64,000 bases of DNA from Squalus acanthias (taxonomy: Eukaryota). The position numbers were made by a program, and so were the translations under genes. Location: assembly GCA_030390025.1 (NCBI GenBank), contig CM059431.1, positions 110,176,001 through 110,240,000 of the forward strand, in the 5' to 3' direction. Below, in pieces: positions 1 to 10,560 of the stretch. The notes beneath the pieces are model-generated. The model did not search any database and was not told the origin of the DNA. It saw nothing but the letters and a program-made list of their open reading frames with translations. Position 1 is the stretch's first letter. Each line of letters starts with the position of its first letter.

Positions 1-252
1 TGCTTCAAGTAGAGCCGAAGGTTCTTATTTGCATTCTGCAAAATTTACATTCTAATCTGATTGTTTATTTCACAAATGCATCTTAAGCTGGATGAGAGCC
101 AAATCATATTAAGGCCTGTATGATGTAGTACAAATCTCATTAATTGGCACATAGTGGCAATGATAGTCTCAACAGGTGAAATGCAATATGCAACCAGAGT
201 CTTGAGATTCACTATATTTTGTTTCTGCTCCTCTTCAATGATCTCAGCTCCT

Positions 253-585
253 CAACAACAACTTGCATTTATATAGTGCCTTTAATGTAGTAAAACATCC
301 CAAAGTGCCTCACAGGAGTGTTAGCAGACAAAATTTGACACCGAACCACATAAGATATTAGGACAGGTGACCAAAAGCTTGGTCAAAGAGGTAGGTTCTA
401 ATGAGTGCCTTAAAGGAGGAGAGAGAGGCGGGGAGGTTTAGGGAGGGTATTCCAGAGCTTGGGGCCTAGCAGCGGACGGCACAGCCACCAATGGTGGGGC
501 GAAGGAAATTGTGGATGCACAAGAAACCAGAATTGTAGGAACGCAGAGATCTCTGAATGGAGGAGGTTACAGAGATAGGGACTGG
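253..585 (-). mobile_element. L2-type LINE 3' fragment
   Basis: Minus-strand translation contains SPYLCNLL...LGPKLWNTLP. Same 3' tail (ACTATATAAATGCAAGTTGTTG) as copies at 6445 and 49050. Confidence 0.75.
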
Positions 586-799
586 CGAACAATCTTCTCG
601 CTAAGCTGGGCATCCGCGCTGGCCACTCACAAGCTTTTCCATTGGGAATACTGCGCATGAGCAGAAATTTAAAGGGACCGCGCAGTGAAATACACAGGCT
701 GCGCACAACAAAGCGCAGCTTAGAGGGAACATTGGTGGTGAGCCCATGGAGTTGATTTGAACACTTCTGAAGGCGCTGAGACATGCTTGGGTTTTGTTT

Positions 800-1130
800 T
801 CATGGACACGGGTCACCCTCCAGTACTTCAGCCCAGTAGACATTCTTCACACATGAGCCTAGACAGAGTATCAGTAGGACACTCAACCATGTACAGCTTG
901 TGCCTGATCTCACCCGACACGCACATCCAGTCGGAGTGACCAAATAGCACTCGAGAGGGCATTTCCCTTCTGTAACCCGGGGTACTGAGGCCAATTATAA
1001 CATCTCCAATGCCAACCATCTGAGATCAGGTAGCTCAGCACGGACCTCAAAGTTGAACCTGAGACTTTTACAATCTGTATAACCCAGTTTGCCAGTAAAC
1101 ACTGCACTTAGAACTAAAGCATGGAAGGAG
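800..1130 (-). mobile_element. decayed tRNA-derived SINE, LF-SINE-like
   Basis: Minus strand has B-box-like GGTTCAA followed by GTCCGTGCTGAGCTACCTGATCTCAG and AATTGGCCTCAG. These motifs are shared with 50825-51160 and 55110-55300. Family name from recall. Confidence 0.4.
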
Positions 1131-1313
1131 TTTCAATTTACTGTATTTTGGTGCTGTTTTTATTTTGAGAGTGAATTCAGTGTCACATTTTACTATCCAT
1201 TGAAAAGAAACATATCTGTGTGATTGTTAGTAAGAATTCTGGCACTCGTGCTGTAAGTTTTTAATAATTATGCAAATCTATACTTTGTCTGAACTGTAAA
1301 ATTGATTGCTGTG

Positions 1314-2215
1314 TTTTTTTATTCATCCATGTGATTTGGGCGTCGCTAGCAAGGCCAGCATTTGTTGCCCACCTCTAATTGCCCTTGAGAAGGTGGTGGT
1401 GAGCCGCCTTCTTGAACCGCTGCAGTCCGTGTGATAAAGGTACTGTTAGGGAGGGAGTTCCAGTACTTTGACTCAGCGACGATGAAGGAAGGGTGATATA
1501 TTTCCAAGTCAGGATGGTGTGTGACTTGGAGGGGAACTTGGAGGTGGTGGTGTTCCCATGTGCCTGCTGCCCTTGCCCTTCTAGGTGGTAGAGGTCGCAG
1601 GTTTGGGAGATGCTGTTGAAGAAGCCTTGGCGAGTTGCTGCAGTGCATCTTGTAGATGGTACACACTGCAGCCATGGTGCGCTGGTGGTGGTGGTAGTGA
1701 ATGTTTAAGGTGGTGGATGGGGTGCCAATCAAGCGGGCTGCTTTGTCCTGGATGATGTCGAGCTTCTTGAGTGTTGTTGGAGCTGCACTCATCCAGGCAA
1801 GTGGAGAGTATGCCATCACACTGCTGACTTGTGCCTTGTAGATGGTGGAAAGGCTTTGGGGAGTCAGGAGGTGAGTCACTCGCTGCGGAATACCGAGCCT
1901 CTGACCTGCTCTTGTAGCCAAAGTATTTGTGGCTGGTCCAGTTAAGTTTCTGGTCAATGGTGACCTCCCCCCGCCCCCCCAGGATGTTAATGGTGAGGAA
2001 TTTGACGATGGTCATGCCGTTGAATTCATGGGGAGGTGGCTAGACTCTTGTTGGAGATGGTCATTGCCTGGCACTTGTGTGGTGCAAATGTTACTTGCCA
2101 CTTATCAGCCCAAGCCTGAATGTTGTCCAGGTCTTGCTGCATGTGAGCACGGACTACTTCATTATCTGAGGAGTTGCGAATGGAACTGAACACTGCAATC
2201 ATCAGTGAACATCCC
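1314..2215 (-). mobile_element. 5'-truncated CR1/L2-group LINE (RT C-terminus + 3' UTR), frameshifted
   Basis: ORF pieces QQDLDNIQAWADKWQVTFAPHKCQAM, TINILG..TIDQKLNW, LSTIYKAQVSSVMAYSPLAW..LDIIQDKAARLIG. The same 3' end recurs at 19070, 52585, 59108 and 63375. Confidence 0.85.
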
Positions 2216-2238
2216 CCCCTTCGAGAGACCTGGTTGGA

Positions 2239-2500
2239 TTTGATTGTCATGATTGTCTCTCTGCCGAGGTGTGATAAAGGGCAGTTAGAAAGATTAACTG
2301 TAGTCGTCTGGCATTGTTCTCTGCACAGGCATTGTTCTCTGTCTATATATGCTGTGCCCATTTGTATTTCTTCACTTCACCTGACGAAGGAGCAGCGCTC
2401 CGAAAGCTTGTGATTTCAGATAAAGCTGTTGGACTATAACCTGGTGTTATGCGACTTCTCACTTTTGTCCACCCCAGTCCAACAAAGCATCTCCGCATCA
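2239..2500 (+). mobile_element. Penelope-like element pLTR, family A (non-autonomous)
   Basis: Near-identical to 12524-12766, including the hammerhead motif and the 3' tail TTGTCCACCCCAGTCC..CATCTCCGCATC. Confidence 0.75.
2377..2413 (+). ncRNA. minimal type I hammerhead ribozyme (in pLTR)
   Basis: TCAC-CTGACGA-A-GGAGC agc GCTCC-GAAA-GC-TT-GTGA: core CUGANGA/GAAA, stem I TCAC/GTGA, stem II GGAGC/GCTCC, palindromic AAGCTT in place of stem III. Confidence 0.75.
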
Positions 2501-2689
2501 AGGCTTCTGAAAGGGAGAGCGTTTCGGCTCCTGATAAAAGTATTGGTAATTTTTGTGTGTTTAACTATATTTTGTTCCATGAACTAGTTGTTTTTGCTGG
2601 ATAGTCTGCCATTTTTTGCATATTTTTTTTTCACCAGTAATTTCCTTCCTTATTCTCAATTGCTGCTACCATTTGATTCACACCATGCA

Positions 2690-3560
2690 AATGGTGCGGA
2701 TGGGTATTTCTTTGGGGGTTCCAAACTTGCTGCATGATTTGGATGAGGAAGAGGAGGTCATGAGGGGCCCACAAATTCTGGGCAACATCAGCTGAAACAT
2801 TTTGTCTACCCAATCACTTTACCAAGACCCCCGTTTTTAGACCTCTCCACGCATACCTGGACATGATAAAGGAGATCTGCATCTGTTGCCTCTGCTTCAC
2901 AAGGCAGGCTTTCACAGCTGTATCATCTGCTGCAAGATGTCCTGCAGACAACATCTGGAAGAGGGACAGCTCTTCTGGTAATGAACGTTACTACAACATG
3001 CAGCTTTCATGCTACTGATTCTTTCCAGGCCACCTCAGAGGACATCTACCACATCAGGCAATTTGCAGCACGCACATTTATCTTGCAAGTGACAGATGCT
3101 CTGTGCACACTTTCCTTGTGGGAGGGAGGCACCAGTTGGAGCAGGCACAGAGCTTTCACTAGGTGGCAAGTTTTCAGAAGTACAAGGCATCAAATTGGCA
3201 TGCATATGAGCATTGGGGCATCTCTCATTAACCCCATAGCCTATATGGACATCAAGAGTCTGCAATAAATTAATGTTCAAATGGCATATGACCATAGAAC
3301 CATCATTATGCACTCTCCTTTGGTGCACCTCCTGTAGCTGGATTATCAATCCTTCAGCATCAAAGGAAGCGGTGTTTCTGTGCTATTGTGAACAATTAGT
3401 GTGCTTTGTCTGCCGCCCACCATGACTTCCCCTTTAATGCCCAGCTGCAGCCCTTTAAGCACTATTGTTGTTTTGAAGTTTCCGCTGTCCAGCCAAAGGT
3501 GCTACAAGCCAAGCTCTCTGACCAAAGTTTTTAATGGACTAGTAGCTCACACAAATTGAG
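2690..3560 (+). pseudogene. decayed Harbinger (HARBI1-like) transposase remnant
   Basis: NVTTTCSFHATDSFQATSEDIYHIRQFAA..ILQVTDAL matches VKVTVALNFYASGSFQ..WEVTDAL of the copy at 45024. Confidence 0.65.
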
Positions 3561-4901
3561 AGGAACTGTCATCAATTTGATGCAATTGACAACAATGGGG
3601 TTGATGGTAACTGACAGTGAGGAATGTAGTTATTAAATGGGCCATTTTATTTTTCATAGCTACCGCTGAATAAGCAGAAAGTGCTATCACGCTGACCAGA
3701 CGCACAAAAATTGCACAACCTTAAAAGAAATGTCTCAACTTACACATCAAATTCATTGGTTAGTTTGAGGAATACCTGCAAGAAGATTCCTCGGGATAGG
3801 TCTGCCCCTTTTATCTGGAACTTGAGTTGGAACTTTCACCTGGGAGTTGGTGCTGGAATTTCTAACTATGATTGACACACAGTATGTGTGTGCGAGAGAG
3901 AGACAGTGAGGAAAAACATCCCTTGGCAGTGCTACACCAAGGTTAGCTGCATACAGTAATTGCAAATGCGCATAATATTTCAACTTTTAGTCTCACTGAT
4001 GTTTGATAATGTGTCTATTTGATCAGCTTATGTATGTGACAGATCAGAAATTGGCTCCCTTTATTGTGATGCAGTAGAACTTTATATTACATCTTTTTAA
4101 TATAAAAGGCATGGGAGAAATGCACGGTGTTTTGGTTGCCCACATGTGTTTACTGCAAACAGAATCCACATTTAGACTGGTCTGGAATGTAGCCCTAGTA
4201 ACCGTTTGAAGGGACAAGCCTTGCTACTGGGAAGCAGGTCCTTCTGTAGATTCTATGGCGACAGACTGATTTCTTTGTTCTGAAGTTAGTCAATTGAAGT
4301 AAAGGTACTTGAATAGATTTGAGTCCAGCATCTATTATTAAGCTGTCAGGCTAAATGCTAGCCTGTTGCCATTGTACAGACTCAACAGTTAGTAGTATTC
4401 AGGCCTGACAGGCGGAGGACCAACAGAGTCTCTCTGGGGCTCGGGGTTGATTGACAACTCTTTGCCCATGCAGGGAAATGGATTTGGCTGTTTTCCAGCA
4501 GTTCTTACTGGGGCCATTGGGATAAAGATGAATACCTAAAGACTCTGGTGATTAAATTAAACCTCACATAATTATAGGTAATGGTGCAGGTTCAGCAGTA
4601 TTAGGAGAGTTAGTGAAGTATCAAATCTTCTGTTATATTTTTGCATATCCATGGAGATGCACGTTAAAAGTTGTGTAGTGAAATTAAATTTGCTCTACTG
4701 ATTTTCAGCTACAGTCTAACTGTTATTTTTAATAAACTTGGATTGTAGTTTATAGCCTCAATCAAGCAGTCTGATAGTGTTTAATATTCCACTATATGAG
4801 GACGTGGAGAACATGAAATGGCTCATGTCAATTCCAGACAGCTATTACTGTTCTGAGGGGTTTCTGTTCAATCCCTCGTCAATGCTGCTTTACCAGATAT
4901 T

Positions 4902-5593
4902 GGCCCGTAATTTGCGGTCAGCGGCGAAGCGACGGCAATTGCCATTGACCTTGAAGAAAGCTGCCCACAGAGATCTCTGTGGCGAGACCTTTAGCTTCCT
5001 CGGCGTGAAATTCATTGTAGCGCTGTCCAAGGGGAACGCCAGCAAACAGCAGCAGTGATGTCATCAAGCTGTCTAAGCAGCCAATCACATTAAAGAATTC
5101 TCACAGACAGCAAACCAGGAAATAAAAAATACTGATTATCTGCACTTTTAAAAAATGTTACAGGGAGCAAAATAAAGTGTGGGACATTCACATGGGGTTA
5201 GTAGCTTTTATCATAATGGAGAAATTTGACATTCCACAAATTTAAAATTAGTTTTTCAGGGCCAGCACAGTTGTTCAGCAGTCAATACACTGTTAAAACC
5301 CCAGTTACACCTATTCCAACAAGGCTTAACATTTAATGGGGTGTTTAACAGCAATATTAGCATGGAAAAGCTTAAGTTTTCATCAGTTCCACTGATTGCT
5401 GGTGGTGGGATGATGGTGGGGGGGGGGGGGGTGCACAGCGCAGCCTGTAGCGGAGCAGTGAATGACTGACCACAACTTCAAGTTTCCGTGTTTATCTGCG
5501 CATGCGCTAAATCCGAAAGTTACGGTCAATTTCAGAGGGATAATGACGCCGAAGGCTGACAGTTCGCCGTCATTACCACCGCAAGATGAAGTC
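4902..5593. mobile_element. Harbinger-type MITE (same family as 55310-56070)
   Basis: Ends GGCCCGTAATTTGCGGT / ACCGCAAGATGAAGTC form an imperfect TIR. Colinear with 55310-56070. Confidence 0.65.
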
Positions 5594-5636
5594 ACACTCC
5601 AGTTCGTAAGGAATGAAGGCTTTCTTACAGAAGTGA

Positions 5637-5835
5637 GAAGTCGCACAACACCAGGTTATAGTCCAACAGCTTTATTTGAAATCACAAGCTTTCGGAGCGC
5701 TGCTCCTTCATCACCTGACGAAGGAGCAGCGCTCCGAAAGCTTGTGATTTCAAATAAAGCTGTTGGACTATAACCAGGTGTTGTGCGACTTCTCACATTT
5801 GTCCACCCCAGTCCGACACCGGCATCGCCACATCA
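5637..5835 (+). mobile_element. Penelope-like pLTR family A, fold-back insertion with 15-bp TSD
   Basis: TSD TTCTTACAGAAGTGA at 5622-5636 and 5836-5850. 81-bp inverted arms at 5633-5713 and 5716-5796, plus an unpaired tail. Hammerhead at 5711-5747. Confidence 0.85.
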
Positions 5836-6444
5836 TTCTTACAGAAGTGATTTTTCACACTCCAGAGCAAACTAAAAACTTAATAGACTTCAGTGTTTAA
5901 CATGCTACCGTTGTCAAGGTATCAAGCCTATAATTCCATAGTTGCCAACTGCTTGTGTTTAGAATAAGTGATTCAGATTTGTACTCACACCTGTCATAGA
6001 TGGGGTGGGGATGCGCAATATAAGCTCCACCCCCATTTTAAATAGGCTACTAGTACATGAAAAGCTTATCCAGAGAGCTTGGCCTGTGGCACACTTGGCT
6101 GGGGATTACAAAATTCAATGAGGAAGCAGCAAGGGCTACAGTTCACCAAAATAAGGGGAAACTGGGGCAATTTTTCACAATGGCACAGCAGAGACGTGTC
6201 ACACTGCTCTCTTTCATGCTGCAAAAACTACCCAGAAGGACGGTGGCCTCTTGGGACTGAAGAACACCTTGCAGTAAAATCGCAGGTGCCAACTGCATGG
6301 AGGGAGGTCGCTAACTGGGTTAAAGCAGTCACCTATCTCCCACATATCGTAATTGAGGAAGAAGCATGCTGGTATCAGGAGCAATGCAAAAGTAACTATT
6401 CCTTTTTCCTCACATTTCTTGCGGCACTCATCAATCATCTTCAA

Positions 6445-6851
6445 CTTCAACTTGTATTTATATAGCGCCTATAACGTAGTAACAAGTCCCGAGGCGCTTC
6501 ACAGGAGTGTTATAAAAGAAAATTTGACACCGAGCCACATAAGGAGAAATGAGGGCAGGTGACGAAAAGCTTGGTCAAAGAGGTAGGTTTTAAGGAGTGT
6601 CTTAAAGGAGGAAAGAGAGGCTGGGAGGTTTAGGGAGGGCAATTCCAGAGCTTAGGGCCTAGGCAGCTGAAGGCACGGCCACCAATGATTGAGCGATTAA
6701 AATCAGGGACGCTCAAGAGGCCAGAATTAGAGGAGCGCAGATATCTCGGGGGGTTATGGGGCTGGAGGAGATTACAGAGATAGGAAGGGGCGAGGCCATG
6801 GAGGGATTTGAAAGCAAGGATGAGAATTTTAAAATCGAGGTGTTGCTTAAT
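6445..6851 (-). mobile_element. L2 LINE 3' end (continues at 13370-13475 after nested insertions)
   Basis: FKILILAFKSLHGLAPSYLCNLLQPHNPPRYLRSSNSGLLSVP..GGRAFSCLGPKLWN. The upstream part IQNSAAHILTRTKSRSPITPLLADLHWLPI is at 13370-13475. Confidence 0.85.
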
Positions 6852-7784
6852 AAGTACAGAAATAGGAAGATAGAGCAGCTGAATGCGTGGCTGGAGAGAT
6901 GGTGCAGGAGGGAGGGCTTTAGATTCCTGAGGAATTGGAACCGTTTCTGGGGGAGGTGGGACCTCTACAAGCCAGACGGGTTGCACCGCAACGGGAACGG
7001 GACCAATATCCTCGTGGGAGGGTTTGCTAGTGCTGTTGGGGAGGGTTTAATCTAGCTTGGCAGGGGGATGGGAACCTAAGTATAGAGTCAATAGGGAGGG
7101 AAGAAAAACTGGAATTGGAAAACAAAAATGTAGAAAGTAAATTGGAAGGACAGAGGAATCAAGGGCTAGATAGTAGTCAACAAGGAGGTTTGCCTGTACT
7201 AAATGGTATATACTTCAATGCAAGGAGTATAGCGAACAAGGCAGATGAGCTGAGGGCACAGGTAGATACTTGGGACTATGATATTATAGCTATCACAGAG
7301 ACGTGGCTGCAAGAGGGGCAGGTATGGCAGCTCAACATTCCTGGTTACAGGATTTTCAGACGGGATAGAGAGGGAGGTAAAAAGGGAGGGGGGGGTCACG
7401 GTATTGATTAAAGAAACTATTACAGCTGTGAGGAGGGATGATATGTTGGAGGGATCATCAAACTAGGCCATATGGGTCGAATTGAAAATCAAAAAAGGGG
7501 CAATCACACTGCTGGGAGTGTACTACAAACTCCCAAACAGTGAGAGGGAGATAGAAGAACAAATATGTCGACAAATTTCTGAGAAGTGCAAAAACTATAG
7601 GGCAGTAATAGTAGGGGATTTCAACTACCCCAATATTAACTGGGATAAAATTAGTGTGAAGGGTATAGAGGGTGCGGAATTCCTAAAATGCATCCAGGAG
7701 AACTTTTTTAGCCAGTATGTAGCAAGCCCAACAAGGGGGGGGCGGTTCTGGACTTAGTTTTAGGGAATGAAGCTGGGCAGGGGG
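6852..7784 (+). mobile_element. CR1 LINE 'A' 5' part: ORF1 esterase end + ORF2 APE endonuclease
   Basis: NAWLERWCRREGFRFL..LYKPDGLH (SGNH-esterase ORF1); YFNARSIANKADEL..IAITETWL; IVGDFNYPNINW. Frameshifts and stops present. Confidence 0.9.
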
Positions 7785-9808
7785 ACCAACAAGCCCAGGG
7801 AACCCTGGATGTCAAGGGATATACAAGAATGGATTAGGAAAAAAATGAAGGCTTTTGGCAGATACAATAGACTAAAAACAGTGGAAGCCCTAGAGGAGTA
7901 TAGAAAGTGCAGGGGGATACTTAAAAAAGAAATTAGGAGAGCAAAGAGGGGGCATGAAAAAACACTGGCGGGCAAAATAAAGGAAAATCCCAAGGTGTTT
8001 TATAAGTATATTAAGGGCAAGAGGATAACCAGGGAAAGAGTAGGGCCCATTAGGGACCAAAGTGGCAATCTGTGTGTAGAGCCGGAAGATGTAGGTGAGG
8101 TTTTAAATTAATATTTTGCATCTGTGTTCACTATGGAGAAGGGTGATGTAGGCATAGAAATCAGGCAGGGGGATTGTGATATACTTGAACAAATTAGTAT
8201 TGAGAAGGAGGAGGTACTAACGGTTTTAGCGGGCTTAAAAGTGGATAAATCCCCAGGCCCTGATGGGATGTATCCCAGGCTGCTGTGTGAGGCAAGAGAG
8301 GAGATTGCAGGGGCTCAGACACAAATTTTCAGAACCTCTCTGGCCACAGAGGAGGTGCCAGAGGACTGGAGAACAGCTAACGTAGTATCATTGTTCAAGA
8401 AGGGTAGTAGGGATAAACCAGGGAATTACAGGCCAGTGAGCCTAACATCAGTGGTAGGGAAATTATTGGAAAAAATTCTGAGGGACAGAATTAGTCTCCA
8501 CTTGGAGAGGCAGGGATTAATCAGGGACAGTCAGCATGGCTTTGTCAGGGGGAGATCATGTCTGACCAATTTGATTGAATTTTTCGAGTGGGTGACTAGG
8601 TGTGTGGTTGAGGTAGTGCAGTTGATGTAGTCTACATGGACTTCAGTAAGGCTTTTAACAAAGTCCCACATGGAAGACTGGTCAAGAAGGTAAGAGCCCA
8701 TGGGATCCAGGGCAATTTGGCACATTGGATCCAAAATTGGCTTAGTGGCAGGAGGCAGAGGGTGATGGTCGAAGGTTGTTTTTGTGACTGGAAGCCTGTG
8801 TCCAGTGGTGTACCGCAGGGATCGGTGCTGGGTCCTTTGCTGTTTGTAGTGTACATTAATGATTTAGATATGAATGTAGGAGGTATGATCAGTAAGTTCG
8901 CTGATGACACGAAAATTGGTGGAGTGGTAAATAGCGAGGAGGGAAGCCTCAGGCTACAGGACGATATAGATGGGATGGTTAGATGGGCAGAACAGTGGCA
9001 AATAGAATTTAACCCTGAAAAGTGTGAGGTGATGCATTTTGGGAGGACTAACAAGACAAGGGAATACACAATGAATGGTAGGATCCTAAGAAGGACAGAG
9101 GATCAGAGGGACCTTGGTGTGCATGTACATAGATCCCTGAAGGCAGCAGGACAGGTAGATAAGGTGGTTAAAAAGGCATATGGGATACTTGGCTTCATTA
9201 GCCGAAGCATAGAATATAAGAGCAGGGAGGTTATGATGGAGCTGTACAAAACGCTAGTTAAGCCACAGCTGGAATACTGTGTGCAGTTCTGGTCGCCACA
9301 CTATAGGAGGGATGTGATTGCATTGGAGAGGGTGCAGAGGAGATTCACCAGGATGTTACCTGGGCTGGAGCGCTTCAGCTATGAAGAGAGACTGGACAGG
9401 CTGGGGTTGTTTTCCTTAGAGCAGAGAAGGCTGAGGGGGGACCTGATTGAGGTGTACGAAATTATGAGGGGCATAGATAGGGTAGATAGAAAGGAACTTT
9501 TCCCCTTAGTAGAGGGGTCAATAACCAGGGGGCATAGTTTCAAGGTAAGGGGCAGGAGGTTTAGAGGGGATTTGAGGAAAAACTTTTTCACCCAGAGGGT
9601 GGTTGGAATCTGGAACTCACTGCCTGAAAGGGTGGTAGAGGCAGGAACCCTCACAACATTCAAGAAGCATTTAGCTGAGCACTTGAAACACCATAGCATA
9701 CAAGGCTACAGACCAAGTGCTGGAAAATGGGATTAGAATAGACAGGGCTTGATGGCCGGCGTGCAAACGATGGGCCGAAGGGCCTCTTTCTGTGCTGTAT
9801 GACTCTAT
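7785..9808 (+). mobile_element. CR1 LINE 'B', 5'-truncated, nested in CR1 'A'
   Basis: ORF2 pieces PWMSRDI, KSPGPDGMYP, NYRPVSLTSV, SQHGF and a 366-aa RT C-half (8636-9736: DFSKAF, SGVPQGSVLGP, FADD). Tail (TATGACTC)n is split by a MITE. Confidence 0.9.
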
Positions 9809-10551
9809 GGGTTAAAAATTGAGTCGCGCCCCATTTGGGGCGCTAACCTCGCCGGGGCGCTACTTTTAGCGCCCCGAAAAAATTAGCAGCCCCGCGCCGG
9901 AACTTCAGTGGTTGCGCCCCAAGAGGGAAGTGGGGCGCCACTGGAAGCACCCCGCATCCCTCTTGGGGCGCTGCGAGGGAATATCCTGGCGCTACGTGCC
10001 GCGGTATTGCAGGCCTTCCTCCCCTTCTTAAAGGGGAGGGACCCTGCGCAGCGCGAACCGGGGCCCAGCTGGGCCCCCAGGGATCGGGAGTGCCGGCAAA
10101 AGAGCCCGGCACTCAGGAGAAGTGCCGGGCTCTTGGAGCGCAGCCGGCACTTCACGGTGGGGGGGCTTCACGGGGGCCGGGGACAGCAACGGGGGCAGGT
10201 GCTGGCAGGCGGCCAGCAACAAAAATGGCCGCCTGCCACCTCCCCTTTAAATATCGCCGCCCCGGCCGCACGTACGCCTCCCTGAACCCGTCGGACATAG
10301 CTTCTGGCGGTAAATCAGGGGGCGCGACTGAAGATCGCGGCTGGAGCGCGAGCGGGGTGCTGCGCACGGCGATGACGTCATCGCCGGCGGCGCAGCGCCA
10401 CAGGGCGCTACCGGCTGGCGCCGCCGCTAACCTCCCGCTGAATTTTACGGGAGGCGTGGGCGGCGCTGCGCCCGGGCGTTAGCTGCTTTACGCCCCATTA
10501 GCGCCCTCTTAAGGCGCTAACGGGAGGCGCAAGCAGCTGAATTTTTCCCCC
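9809..10551. mobile_element. GC-rich Harbinger MITE
   Basis: TIR GGGTTAAAAATT / AATTTTTCCCCC, 3-bp TSD TAT (9806-9808, 10552-10554), multiple TAGCGCC/GGCGCTA motifs. Related to the ends of 44358-48119 and 48125-48945. Confidence 0.85.
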
Positions 10552-10560
10552 TATGACTCT

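Noticed and set aside
9843..10482. Cluster of overlapping ORFs / apparent CpG island promoter
   Set aside because: Lies entirely within a GC-rich MITE with TIRs and TSD; the ORFs reflect stop-codon scarcity.
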